From positions 13,392,001 through 13,456,000 of the forward strand of contig JBHGNT010000015.1 of assembly GCA_043228905.1 (NCBI GenBank): a DNA stretch of 64,000 nt. The letters are read 5' to 3'. Positions 51,784 through 64,000 of the stretch are shown in pieces. How positions within the stretch are numbered: the stretch's first letter is position 1; every line of letters starts with the position of its first letter. Source of the DNA: Azolla caroliniana (lineage: Eukaryota > Plantae > Polypodiophyta). The notes beneath the pieces are model-generated. The model saw only the letters and a list, made by a program, of their open reading frames with translations. It did no database searches and was not told where the DNA came from. Both the position numbers and the translations under genes were made by a program.

Positions 51784-54700
51784 TATTAGAGATCTAAGTA
51801 CTAAAGTAAGCTTAAGATAAGGATAAACAAATGATAGATAGAAAGGAGAAAGAGAAAGAAGGGTGCCGATCCACCCGACCACCCCCGAGCGAAGGGATCG
51901 AGACGGACTCGAGCCTCGATCAGCGTCCCATACCACCGCCGTGGTGTCAAGTCGTACATGGTGCTGGCGTGCTCGCTACAAGAGTTGACCCACCACAAGA
52001 GTAGAGTCTCGATGTAGTAAAAAGATGATCAAATGAGGGTAGCTAGGCCTCTTATTTATAGCGATACCCAAGGCCCCCAGGCAAGTTCACACTTGACCTA
52101 ATGGGTTGTCTCAATCCCGAGGATTAAAAGTAATCCTCCCCTTCTTTACACTCTCGTTTAACCCTCACACTTATCCACGTGTATAGAATACTACGGTAAA
52201 TTCTCACCACGGGATATTAAATGGTCATGCCCGTAACATACTCCCCTCTTTAAAACATTGCACTCTTGCAATGGAAAGTTACGGAAATTAGTTCTGAGAG
52301 TATTTTCGCATTCCCATGTGGCATCTTTTATTGATTTATCCATCCATTTTATTTTAAATTCTCGGATTTCTTTAGTACGTAATTTTTTTGTTTTAACATC
52401 GAGAATTCTTTCTGGTACATGTGGTTTAGAAGATAATTCTTCAGAAGTAACCAGAGTTTCAGTTGTAATTGTATTGTCGCCAGAACTTAGAAGTTCTTTT
52501 AGACGACTCACATGAAAGACTGGATGAATTCCGACACCATCGGGAAGAGCGAGACGATAGGCTGATGACCCAATGCGTTTGAGGACTGTAAAAGGTCCAC
52601 AAAACCGTGGGGCTAACTTAGCGCACTTACCCATAGACAATGTCTTAGAATTGTGAGGTACACGTAAAAATACCTTCTGTCCAGGGTTGAATACACGAGG
52701 TTGCCTATGATGATCGACATAAAAACGCGCTCTATCTTGAGTTGTTTTTATATTATCTCGTGCAATATGCAACATATCTTGCATATCCGGAAGAAAGTTT
52801 TGCGTACTTCGCAACTCATCATGATGTATATTAACATCAATCGGGGCTCGTGGCTGAAAACCATACATCAACATAAAAGGACTATATCCCGTCGACGTAT
52901 GCTTGGAGCTGTTATAAGCAAACTCCAAAATTGGGAGATAACGTTCCCATTTTGTTGGTTTTGCACCAACGTATGCTCGAAGCATGTCCTCAATAATTTG
53001 ATTTACTCGTTCTGTCTGTCCATCGGATTGAGGATGATCCGTGGAGCTCATGCTCAACGTAGTTTCTAACTTCTTAAAGACTTGCGTCCAGAAGTCACTA
53101 GTAAACTTTGGATCTCGATCACTCATGATATCCATCGGTAACCCATAAAAACGAAACAATTCGTCAACGAATTGGTAAGCCAATTCAGGAGCTGTTACCG
53201 TGGTTTTAGTAGCAATAAATCTGGCCATTTTAGTTAGTCGATCAACGACAACCCAGATGGCATCATGACCTTTTTGGGTGCGAGGAAGGCTAACAATAAA
53301 ATCCATGGATATACTTTCCCATTTATTATTGGGAATGTCCAAGGGATGTAAAAGTCCTGCGGCTTTAAGTCGTTCGACTTTGTTAACCTGACACTGGTGA
53401 CATTTAGTCACATAGCTATGTATGTCAGGACGCATCTTAGGCCAATAAAATTGAGTGGAGATGAGAACGAGTGTACGATGTATTCCAGGGTGCCCCGCTG
53501 AGGGTGCATCATGGCATTCAAAAAGAATCCTCTTTTTGACCTCGGGTAAATCTGGAACACAAACCTTCCCATTACGGTAGAGCAAACCGTTAGCAATGTG
53601 GAAGTATTCCTTCGAGGATGTGGTGGTGTCTGTTCCAGACTCAACTCTTGCCCAGTGTTTTGCAAAATAACTGTCATCAGGATACTTTCCTCGAAGGTGA
53701 TCATAAAGATCTGATGTTATTTCAGTGAAGCTAAGCATGTTAACTTCACGGATGCGACTTAGTGCATCAGCGACAATGTTCATGGAACCTTTACGATATC
53801 GTATGGAAAAATCAAAGTCCTGGATGAGATTAGCCCATCATGCCTTACGACCTTTCAGGTCTTGTTGGTCACAAAAATATTTCAAGGACTCGTGGTCCGT
53901 AGTTACCACAAAGCGATTTCCATAAAGATAATGGCGCCATGTTTTGAGCGCATGTATAACTGCAAATAATTCCTTTTCTTGAACGGTATACCGACATTGA
54001 GCAGAATCAAGTTTCTTACTCTCAAATGCTATTGGTTTACCATCTTGATACAAGACAACACCTATAGCATAATCGCTTGCATCGGTTTCAACCTCAAAAG
54101 GTTTTGAAGGATCAGGTAAAAGAAGTGAAGGAGCCTTGCAAACCAGGTCCTTGAGTTCCTTAAAGGCGAGGTCTAGTGTAGCATTCCACACAATAGGTTT
54201 TGTAGACTTATGTGTTTGACCTTTTAAAAGATCAGTAAACGGCGTCGTCAATTGGGAGTAATTACGAAGAGACTTTCGCAAAAACCCGACAAAACCAAGG
54301 AATGATCGAACTTCTCGAATATTCCGAAGAGTGGGCCAAAGCTTGATTTTCTCAATGCGAGAAGGATCAATTTCAACTCCTCGTTCGGTTATGAGATGTC
54401 CTAGATAAGTAATTGATTTATTGAAGAACTCACATTTTGAGATCTTCGCATAAAACTGTTTGTCACGCAATGTTTGTAAAACAAAGCGGACATGTCTAGC
54501 ATGTTCTTGTAATGTACGGCTATAAACTAAAATATCATCCAAGAAAATAACGACAAATTTTCCAAGTTGTTCTCGGAAAATGTCATTCATTTCTTGTTGA
54601 AAAGTAGCCGGAGCATTGGTCAGACCAAAAGGCATAACCAAAAACTCGTAATGGCCATAACGCGTACGAAATGCCGTTTTAGGAACATCGTCCTCACTTA

Positions 54701-55412
54701 TTCGTATTTGATGGTAGCCAGTACGGAGATCAAGTTTTGTAAAATACCGAGCTCCTTGGAGACGGTCAATTAGATCGTCAGCCCGAGGCAATGGGTACGA
54801 ATTCTTGATCGTCACTTTATTCAAGCGTTGGTAATTAATACACATACGCCATGTGCCCTCTTTCTTTTTAACCAAGAGAATTGGTGCACCCCATGGAGAT
54901 TTACTATAACGTATATAACCCATTCGTAAATAGTCCTTGAGTTGCTCTGATACCAAATATTAGAGATCTAAGTACTAAAGTAAGCTTAAGATAAGGATAA
55001 ACAAATGATAGATAGAAAGGAGAAAGAGAAAGAAGGGTGCCGATCCACCCGACCACCCCCGAGCGAAGGGATCGAGACGGACTCGAGCCTCGATCGGTGT
55101 CCCATACCACCGCCGTGGTGTCGAGTCGTACCTGGTGCTGGCGCGCTCGCTACAAGAGTTGACCCACCACAAGAGTAGAGTCTCGATGTAGTCAAAAGAT
55201 GATCAAATGAGGGTAGCTAGGCCTCTTATTTATAGCGATACCCAAGGCCCCCAGGCAAGTTCACACTTGACCTAATGGGTTGTCTCAATCCTGAGGATTA
55301 AAAGTAATCCTCCCCTTCTTTACACTCTCGTTTAACCCTCACACTTATCCACGTGTATAGAATACTACGGTAAATTCTCACCACGGGATATTAAATGGTC
55401 ATGCCCGTAACA
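51784..55412 (-). mobile_element. Chromovirus copy 2: LTR-PBS-[leader, gag, PR deleted]-RT-RH-IN-chromodomain-PPT-LTR
   Basis: 455-bp LTRs 54958-55412 and 51784-52238, same family as 2371; TSD TATCA/CATCA (1 mismatch); PBS abuts RT coding sequence. Confidence 0.96.
52191..54956 (-). pseudogene. pol: RT-RNaseH-integrase-chromodomain in one frame with a single stop (probable TGG>TGA) at 53838
   Basis: [47 protein letters not shown], chromodomain. Confidence 0.95.
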
Positions 55413-56035
55413 CATCATGTGGCTCGTACAACTCTTTCAGTTTTGCCCACATTGCACCAACCGCGGTGAGTCTTTGGAGCCTGTTTGCTTGTCCTCTACG
55501 TGTAGTAGAATTCCCAAGCGTGGCATTTTATCTCGAGCCTTCCATGTTTTCCATTCTTTTGATGTTTTATCTATTGGTTCTTCCCAAGTGCCATCCACAA
55601 CTTCAAGAAGCCCTTCAATATCTAGTACCAATTCTATTGTCAACTTCCAATATTTGAAAATTTTCTCCGTTAACTTCTTTAAGACGTATTTCTTGCTTGA
55701 TGTAGTCATATTGAATGTGGATAACTTTGAGTGTGCAGGGATTATGACTAGCGGTTTAGAGATATATGGCTCAAGAGGATAACGCTCAAGTTTTTTTATC
55801 AAAACTCCGCTCTGATACCATGTAAGGATTATAACTTCGAAGGACGGAGATAAGGACAGAGATGAAGAGGTAAGAGATTACAAAATAGATATTGGAATTA
55901 ACACATAAACTTGTACATATATTCTTTGATGAACTCACACACAAATATGTGGTACTTTAGTGATTTAAATGCATTTGAAATGTGAATGTTGTAGTTGTAA
56001 CAATCACTCCTATTTTTAGATAATGTTACCTAACA

Positions 56036-59000
56036 AATTAGTTTCTATTTAAAATTAGAGTTATTTTCAATAGAGGCCATTAATCCGATAGAGGTCGATG
56101 AAGAATCGACGGATTTATGGATCACAGAGATGATTGTGTTTCTTAGTATGGGATTGCCACCGGAAGGCATGTCACCAGATGAGCGGAAACGATTGGCAGT
56201 TTGGAGTTGAAATTTCTGCCTACTCAAGGAGACAGTGTATCATATTGGAGCAGATGGAATTTGGCGACGAACGGTTCAACAATTTGAGAAAGAAGATGTT
56301 TTACAAGAGGCCCAATGTAGTATTGTTGGTGGGCATTATGCAAGTGACACAACTGCTTGGAAAGTTTGGAACAATGGGTTATGGTGGCCTACAACTCTAA
56401 AGGATGTGGTCAACTACTGTCAATAATGTGATTTGTGTGAAAGAATCGGCCAACCCAATGAAAGAGATCGGATGCCTCATCTACTGGTGATGTCGCTTGA
56501 ACCTTTTCAGAAATGGGGTCTAGATTTTTTCGGACCATTCAAGCCAACATCAGTGAGAACCGGCGATTGGTATGTGATAGTCACTACAGATTATTGTACG
56601 AAGTGGGTAGAAGCAAAGGATCTTAGGGATAATATGGTAGCTTCAACGACTAGGTTTCTATACGAATGCATATGGTGCCAATTCGGCTGCCCAGTCGAGC
56701 TTGTAAGTGGTCAAGGTACTCATTTTATTAACAAAGTCATCTATAAATTAACACATTATTATGCAGTCGTGCATAAGAGGAGTACACCATATTACCCCCA
56801 AGCCAATGGCTTAACCAATTCGACCAATAAGACAATTCAAATGATTCTGATGAAAATCATCAATGAGAATTGGATGGATTGGGATCAGAAGCTACATAGT
56901 GCATTATGGGCATACAGGACAACCTATAAGACCATGACTTGATCGACTCTATTCCAGATGGCATTCCAGTTAGAGGCGGTTATGCCGATTGAATTTTAGA
57001 TTCCTAGCTTACGAGTATAGGTGACAGAGTGATTGGATGAAGAAAAGTTAGAACAGATTCAGAAAAAGCAGTTACTAACACTGGAAGAAAGTCGACTATA
57101 GTCAATGTGGCATCCAAAGCATAAACAATGGAAATCAAAAGTATTTGTCGATTGACACCGATAGGGTAAAGAAAAGTTGTTTGACATCGGCAAACCGGTC
57201 TTAATATTTGAAATGAAAATGGGGTCTATGCCAGGGAAACCAGGGTTTAAAAGGACCGGTCGTTATAGCATTGTCAACAACAACAATTGAACATATCAAA
57301 TCGGCATGTTAGCCCAAGAGGTCTTACCGAAGTGGGTTCCGATTCAAACCAATCAAGGGCTGACACCGACTAACCCATTCTTACCAGGCAAGGGAATCGA
57401 CAATCAACCGACTACCCCGGTAATGGTCGGTGCACCATAACCAAGGCAAGGGGCATAATTGTAAATATTAAAATAAAAATAAAAAAAATAAAGAAAAGAA
57501 AAATAGAAAGGACAAAACAGAAAAGAAAAATGGCAGAATATCAAATCAAATCTTGGCATGATTACTTCTTGGCAGTGTCCTTTTCTGACTATATATGGAC
57601 ATGCACATTTATTATTTGGTAATTATTATGAGTGGTGGCTATTGCGGAGTCATTAATAGCATATTGTATTCTTAATGACACTCTGTCTTGAGTTATGGAC
57701 CACTTTCACACAAAAGCTTTTTGAGTCCGTTTTCTTGATAGAGAAAAGCACAGAGAAACCCTAGTATACAAAAAAAGCACAAGCAAATAGAGTGATGCAC
57801 ACAGAAGCACAGAGGAACAGAGCGAGAAGCACAACAACATAGACGAGCAACTGGCATCCACAGAGCAAACTCCGACTCTCTCATTCAAGCACAGGAAACA
57901 ACGAGGTTGCAAACGACATCGAAGAACAGGAAGAAACCATGCCGATTCAAGTCTCGGAGCACCTACACAACTGCTTGCAGACCAATGGGTTGTAGGGATA
58001 CCTTCAAATAGTAGATGTCAAACCCCATCCGCAGGCGGCGAAAATGATCAAACAGATCAACGTCGGCAAAATCACCAACAAATAGGTATGTTGCATATTG
58101 AATCTCAAGAATGAGGGTTACAATGGGATTGACCCAGTCAAGACATACGTCCTTGAATCTTATTTTAGGTCCGAGTACTTGCCATCAACAAAGGCGTACC
58201 GAACACAAGGAGAACGAGATCTGTTCTTCCATGATATCGGAAAATTTCTGTTGGAAGTAGCTTGTGTTAGTCCAAGATCCCATTGTATGCCCAAGCAGAG
58301 GGTTGGATTCATCATCACCGCGTATGAAGGAGAAACTATTGATTGGGGGTGGATCACTGGAGTCGTGCTTCGAGAACAATTACAAGGAGTTCAACAAGGA
58401 AAACCTTTGAAGACAATTTTTGCACAATGGTTATCAGTACTATGCCCATGGCCAGTCGCCACACAATGATGTCAGACCCCAGTAAGGGATGAGGGGAAAT
58501 CATCACGGGCATTGCCGCATCAATCGACAAGAAGAAAGATCTTGACCCAACCACAGGAACAATGGCACGACGCTCAAGAAACAACTGAGTAACCAAACAC
58601 CAAAGCACTGGTACAACCTCCACCAACCAGAAATGAAGAACGCCTCCCTTAGGCACATCCGGAAACTAGTCAACCTCAAGCAGAAACAAGGACAAGACCA
58701 TCACCACGTCCTAAATGGTGAAGTTGGTCGGCATCAGAACGATCTTCTGAGCAATAGAACCAAGAAGGGAGTAGGTCGACAAAAAGGACTAGAATCAAAC
58801 AACGGTAGTCAGCCAAACAACCCCGACAGGAAGAAGTACCGATGACAAGGGTGAACCTAGCTGAACCCGTTCTGAAAGGAACTATGGAGAGGGGGAAGGC
58901 GTTGACAATATCACTGAATGAGGTGCTCGGTCTAACTGACATTCCACCAGTGCCCCATGAATTTGCAGCCGTACTGCAGTTCGGCACATCATACGGGTTG

Positions 59001-59385
59001 GTGGGCCAAGCGACTACAATTTGGCTTTGATCAATTAGCGCAAGAACATAAGGATCGGGAAATGATCCAGAGGGCCATGCTTGGTGCACTAGAGCCGGAG
59101 GAGGAAAGAGAATTGCAATGAATCGGCCATCAATGTGATGCCAGGAACAAAGGTATGGCAATTCAAATGCCTTCTCTTAATACAACTCTTGTTGAAGTGC
59201 ACCAGGATTAGCAAAATCCACTAGGGCGGCAAAAGAAATTGCCGAAGTTTGCAAGAGGACCACAAAGGCGTCCGACCTGATGCACACGGAGTGGTTGCCA
59301 ACCACAAAGGCCAATGAAAAGTTATCGGCCTGACTTCGACTAGCCGACACGAAGCTAAGAGAAGCGGAAGAACATCTCCAAACAT
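56036..59385 (+). mobile_element. Degenerate non-chromovirus (Athila/Tat-like) gypsy fragment: integrase, AT-rich spacer, extra decayed ORF
   Basis: GGHYA...GLWWPT...CDLCER, KWGLDFFGP, DYCTKWVEA, YYPQANG; same-strand coding-like region about 57780-59385. Confidence 0.8.
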
Positions 59386-60186
59386 GCGACTATTATGGGA
59401 TCCCACATGTGTTAGACTGACAATTATGGGATCAACTACAAGAAATGGAGAAGTTAGCTGAACGCACCAATCGGAGGGCAGAAAAAGCAGAAACAAAGGT
59501 GTAGAGTATTTATACTTATACACCTTATGGGTTATTTACAATGTCACCACTGCTATTGTCATTCCTATTATTTTATTAAATAGCAAGAATGGTTAATCAG
59601 ATTCGACTAGCCGACTCCAGTGTCAACTGCCCAGTCGGCCTTGCCGTCAACCATCCGGTTGGGCCGACTTGTTGGTCGTGTCTTTGACTTGGGTCACATT
59701 TTATAGTGTCGACTCCCCCGTGTCTTCAACTGTTGGCACTCAACCCGACCAGTCGGCTACTCCCATAGGAGGGACATGTTCGTAACAAACTCCCCCTTCA
59801 CTCATATGGCTGGAGTCAGTTAGTCCTGTCCTTTGTCGATAGACTCTGAGTTTGTCCATCGGAAGGTTCTTCGTGAGCATGTCGGATCCATTATCGTCAA
59901 TATGGATCTTCACTAGGGTAAACTCCCGTTCTTCCACTTTCTCCTACAATCAATGATATCTCCTCTTTATATGTTTGGTCCAGGAGTGGTATGTTGCATT
60001 CTTGGCTAGGTGTATGACGCTCTAGCTGTCACAATGAAGCAAGAACTCCTTTGCTTTATCCCCAACTCACTGAGAATATTTCTCATCAAGATTAGCTTTT
60101 TTCCAACCTCTATCACTGCCATATACTCTACCTATGTGGTCGAGAAGGCCATAGATTTCTGATTTCGTGCTTGCCACGACACTGCT
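59385..60186 (-). mobile_element. Ty1/copia 3' end (RNase H, PPT, 3' LTR about 59385-59787)
   Basis: AVSWQARNQK, STT.VEY, TKHIKRRY, SDMLTK; PPT GAAGGGGGAG next to TGTTACG; inner LTR boundary approximate. Confidence 0.82.
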
Positions 60187-61095
60187 TGTTGGGAATGTCG
60201 TCTTCTAATGCGGAACAACATCAACACTCTTCTAGGATAAGATCGTAAATGGATGCAAGGTCATAGCTTTGATGGCAACAAAGATAGAAAAGAAAAACAA
60301 CTCGTACGCAAGAGAGAGAGTCAGAGATAGGTAGGCACAATATCAAGGAAGTTTATTACCACTTTTTACAAAATGAGCAACTAACTGTAACTAGGTTACA
60401 AAGTCAGTTTATATATACTAACTAACTTAGGGCAACTGCCCTTCTCACTATCTACATAAGTAGCCTAAGTCTAGTGTGTTCAAAAGGAGATAGTGTGAAT
60501 ACGTCCATTAGAAACCCATATTCAACACTCCCCTATAATGGGCATATACAATCGAAATCTGTAATCCAAATGAGTATATAATACAGATTGATACAAAGTT
60601 CCAAACAACCGAAGTCTGGTGTCCGAAGAGCATCCTGAGTGTCCGATTTAATCGAATTGATTCTTCATTATGCCCATGTGTTGCCTAAGGGATCGAAATC
60701 GATCCGCCGAAAGACACTTGGTTAATGAGTTTGCGACATTATCGGTTGTCAATATTTTCTCTAGACCGATTTTCCTTGTAATGACGCAGTCCCGAACGAA
60801 ATGATATCGAACATCGATATGCTTGGAGGCGTTGTGATGAACCGGATTTTTCGAGTTTAAAACAATATCTGGTTGTCCATGCAACCTGCAAAGTTCGAGT
60901 TGGTGTATCCAACTACGCCTGAGATGTCGTTTGGGCCAAATAGAATATCAAGGTCTTTTGTGCCCACTAGATATCTAAACACATGCTTTACTACGTTCCA
61001 GTGCGATCGGCCAGGATTATGCATAAATCTGCTGACGACTCCAATGGCGTGAGCGATATCAGGCCGCGTCGCGACCATCGCGTACATTAGGGAGT
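60187..61095 (-). mobile_element. Second Ty1/copia 3' end nested in the previous one (3' LTR 60187-60527)
   Basis: TGTTG...CAACA ends, PPT ATAGGGGAG, SLMYAMVATRPDIA, KHIDVRYHF. Confidence 0.88.
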
Positions 61096-61168
61096 TGTCA
61101 TGATATGGCAGGACTTGAACCCATGACCTTATGTTACATGGGTCGAACTCTTGACCATTAGACTATAT
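61096..61168 (+). mobile_element. First 73 bp of an LTR of the 45894 family, cut by the copia at 61169; carries an antisense tRNA-like module
   Basis: TGTCATGATATGGC and GACTTGAACCCATGACCTT shared with 45894-45980. Confidence 0.75.
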
Positions 61169-64000
61169 TGTTGAGAGACAAGCTCAACATTGGCCGCATC
61201 GGTTGGGACCGATCGGTTAGGCCGAATGTGTAAACCGGTACGCAGACCGGTGCGTAGGTAGCGCCAGATCGGTACGTAAACCGGGAGGCCGTTAGGAAAG
61301 ATATTCCGTGAGGAATATATTTGGGAGTTAGTGTAGGAGCTCTCAATGAGCATTGAAGTACTGTCAGTACTTCTGTCAGTCCTTCTAGGACTTGTATAAA
61401 AGTGTTCATTGAACACACATATGTATAGAGTGGTGAATAGAGATTGTGTATTTTTTGAATATAGATATTGTGCTCTCTCTCTCTCTCTCACTCTCTCTGT
61501 CTCTCCCACGTATACTGCGTAAGGTCAAGCTCTCCATTAAACTTGAGCGTTCTTCCTTCTGTTTGGTCTTCATACTTGCTTCTGCACGCTACTTTTTACA
61601 TGGTATCAGAGCGAGAGGGTTGAGAACCTCTCTGCAGCTGACACAACTTGACGAAGAAGAACAAGAAGAACGATGGATAGAGGCATGGCGAACTCGCTTC
61701 CAACAGAGAAGCTCGATAGAACCAACTACGCGTCCTGGTCCTACAAGATGCACCAATACCTGCTTGGGCACGACTACTGGGGTTATGTCGAAGGAGCTAA
61801 TGACGCGGCACCCGAATCGACACACAGAGACTTCCCGTCGTGGGAGCAATCGGCGAGCAGGGTATTATACTGCTTCGCGTCGTGTGTGGACAAACAGCTA
61901 TTGAGATATGTTCGGGATGCAAAGACGCCGAAGGGTGTGTGGGAAAATCTGAAGAAGATTTTCGTTGCGAGCACCACAGCCAGGAAGCTTCAGCTCCGAC
62001 AGGAGTTGAGCAACCTACGACAACGCGACTTGTCGGTGGCGGACTATACCTCGAAGATCAAGGATATCTGCGACTCCCTCGCCTCCATAGAGGTGAACAT
62101 CGAGGAGAGCGAGATGGTCCAGATCTGTCTCGGAGGTTTGGCGTTGAAGTTCAAAGCGTTCCGAACGGCTATGTGTACCCGGGAGAATACGCCGTCCTTT
62201 TTCGACTTACAGTCAATGCTCCTGGTAGAGGAGAACCACGTGGGTGTGTCTATAAGCATGCACACCGACAACAGAATGCTGTACATGGAGGGAGATAGGC
62301 CCCGTGGACGTGGAGGACGAGGCGAGTCGGCGCGCAATGGAGGCGGCCGACGAGATCAAGAAAGAAGACACCAAAGTGATGCCGACAGCAACTCCGGACC
62401 CTCCGGAAACAGGGGGAGTCGAAGCGATGAGAACCGGCGAGGGAAGGCCATCGCGGACTGCTGGTACTGTGGCAAGAAAGGCCAAAGGGAAAGTGAGTGC
62501 TGGAAGAAGCGCGCTGATTCGGAGAGAACCGGTTCCGGAAACAGCTCCGGACATACCGACAAGGGAAATCGGTAGTGATCGCACTACGCCGAAGACTCCG
62601 GGAGAGCCGGAGAAGGGTCTGCCTTCGTGACAAGACACGAAGCAAACTGAATGAAATAGACCACCCCGAGATCGGACGAGGTGTGGTACGTAGACTCCGG
62701 CGCGTCAAACCACATGACGAGCCATAAGGAGTGGTTCTCGTACCTTGAAAAACCGATACAACCTGGAGTAGTCGCAATTGGAGACGACACTCTGCACCCG
62801 ATTGCGAATGTCGGAGAAGTTCCCCTTAGCCATGTCGGGCAGAAAGGGAAACTCATGAACATGCTGCACGTTCCGACTATCACGAAGAACTTGGTCTCGG
62901 TCGGATAGATCGTTGACCAAGGGATGGAGGTTCGGTTTACACACCTCGGGTGGTTCATTGAGGAAGAAGGCCGTGTGATTGTGCAAGGGCGCAGAGACGG
63001 GAGGATGTTCATCCTCGACTCCACTGACGGCGGCACCACAATGTTCGTGAAGGGACAAAAATCCGAGTCGGACATCGACTTGTGGCACAAGCGGATAGGC
63101 CACGTCAACTACCAGCGGCTTCAAGATCTGCAATCGAAACAGGTAGTGTTCAGATTGCCCAAATTTAGTGGCCGAAAGGCACAAATTTGTGAAACCTACC
63201 AGCTCGGGAAGCAACACCGACTTCCTTTCCCCAACGAGCGAAACCGGAGCCGGAACAAGTTCGACCTTATACACTCCGATGTATGGGGGCCGACACAAAA
63301 CGTTAGTCTTGGCGAGAGCCGATATTTCGTCTCCTTCATCGACGACCACACGCGGCACACGTGGATCTACCTCATTGAGAGGAAGAGCGAAGTCTTCGAC
63401 TATTTCCGGGACCTCAAAGGGTTCGTGGAAACAGAAACGGGACGAAAGATCAAGTGCCTGCAGTCGGATGGCGGGATAGAGTACTTTTCTGGTCAATTCA
63501 ACGGTTATCTACAACAAATGGGAATTCGGCGCGAATTCAGTTGTAGATACACGCCGGAGCAGAACGGTGTGGCCTAGAGGAAGAATCGGTCAGTTGTGGT
63601 AGCAACACGAGCAATGCTGGAGGAGAAGAGCTTGCCCAAGTTCTACTGGGCCGAGGCGGTAAGGACCGCGGTATACATCCAAAACCGGATCGGAGACAAA
63701 GTGTCGGTGCACGAGCTATATTTTGGAACGAAGCCGAACTTGCTACACTTGAGGGTGTTCGGTAGCATTGCGTATGTGCATGTACCGAAGGAGAAAAGGA
63801 GGAAGCTGGATGCAAAGGCCGAGAAATGCATCTTGGTCGGTTACTCGGACGAACAGAAGGGTTATAAGTGCTATAACCCTCGCACCAAACAAGCGCGTGT
63901 TAGCCGCAACGTTGTGTTTGACGAGTCCGCGTCCTGGTACCAGCCCCCGACTCCGAAACCCGACTCCAATCCGAGCTCTGATGATGAGGTCAGCAAGGCC
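61169..64000 (+). mobile_element. Ty1/copia element (LTR 61169-61600, PBS, gag, PR, IN), running off the right edge
   Basis: TGTTG...TTACA LTR, PBS TGGTATCAGAGC at 61601, CWYCGKKG, WYVDSGASNHM, LWHKRIGH, IHSDVWGP, YTPEQNG; several premature stops. Confidence 0.95.
61673..62575 (+). CDS. gag: Copia Gag (polyprotein cut by a premature stop)
   Basis: 300-aa ORF, KLDRTNYASW motif and zinc knuckle. Confidence 0.8.
   Translation: MDRGMANSLPTEKLDRTNYASWSYKMHQYLLGHDYWGYVEGANDAAPESTHRDFPSWEQSASRVLYCFASCVDKQLLRYVRDAKTPKGVWENLKKIFVASTTARKLQLRQELSNLRQRDLSVADYTSKIKDICDSLASIEVNIEESEMVQICLGGLALKFKAFRTAMCTRENTPSFFDLQSMLLVEENHVGVSISMHTDNRMLYMEGDRPRGRGGRGESARNGGGRRDQERRHQSDADSNSGPSGNRGSRSDENRRGKAIADCWYCGKKGQRESECWKKRADSERTGSGNSSGHTDKGNR

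Larger units (their letters stand above)
48402..56035 (-). mobile_element. Ty1/copia element, 3'-truncated in RT; 5' LTR about 55821-56035; interrupted in gag by chromovirus copy 2
   Basis: PBS TGGTATCAGAGC (55809-55820), gag YWKLTIELVL, CRYCKKDGH, protease WFLDTGATHH, LWHCRLGH, integrase LVHSDLC/YTPQQNG, RT KALYGLKQSPRQWY. Confidence 0.92.

Noticed and set aside
61096-61600. LTR head module apparently shared between a copia and a gypsy family
   Set aside because: The related copia LTR ending at 10810 shows the true start is TGTTGAGAGAC at 61169, so 61096-61168 is a separate host LTR

Overview
Eukaryotic nuclear DNA from a land plant, probably a non-seed plant such as a fern (low confidence, judged from retroelement lineages and intron style). 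Both ends (1-14 kb and 42-64 kb) are stacks of nested Ty3/gypsy, Ty1/copia and L1-type retroelements. The middle holds a 6-exon CMSS1/CMS1 gene (+), an acireductone dioxygenase gene (-), a single-exon FQYD...NFDDG-motif gene (-), an intronless GC-rich orphan membrane-protein ORF (+), MITEs and minisatellites. The most striking observation is two young chromovirus copies sharing the same 455-bp TG...TA LTR, with near-complementary deletions. Copy 1 keeps the leader, gag and protease, but RT/RNase H is replaced by an inverted piece of its own leader. Copy 2 has its PBS fused directly to RT-RH-IN-chromodomain. Also notable: a regularly spaced hairpin array in the copy 1 leader, tRNA-like A/B-box modules inside two LTR families, a Tf1-like self-priming signature, and a possibly fungal-like orphan gene. 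No database searches were run; family calls rest on recognised motifs.
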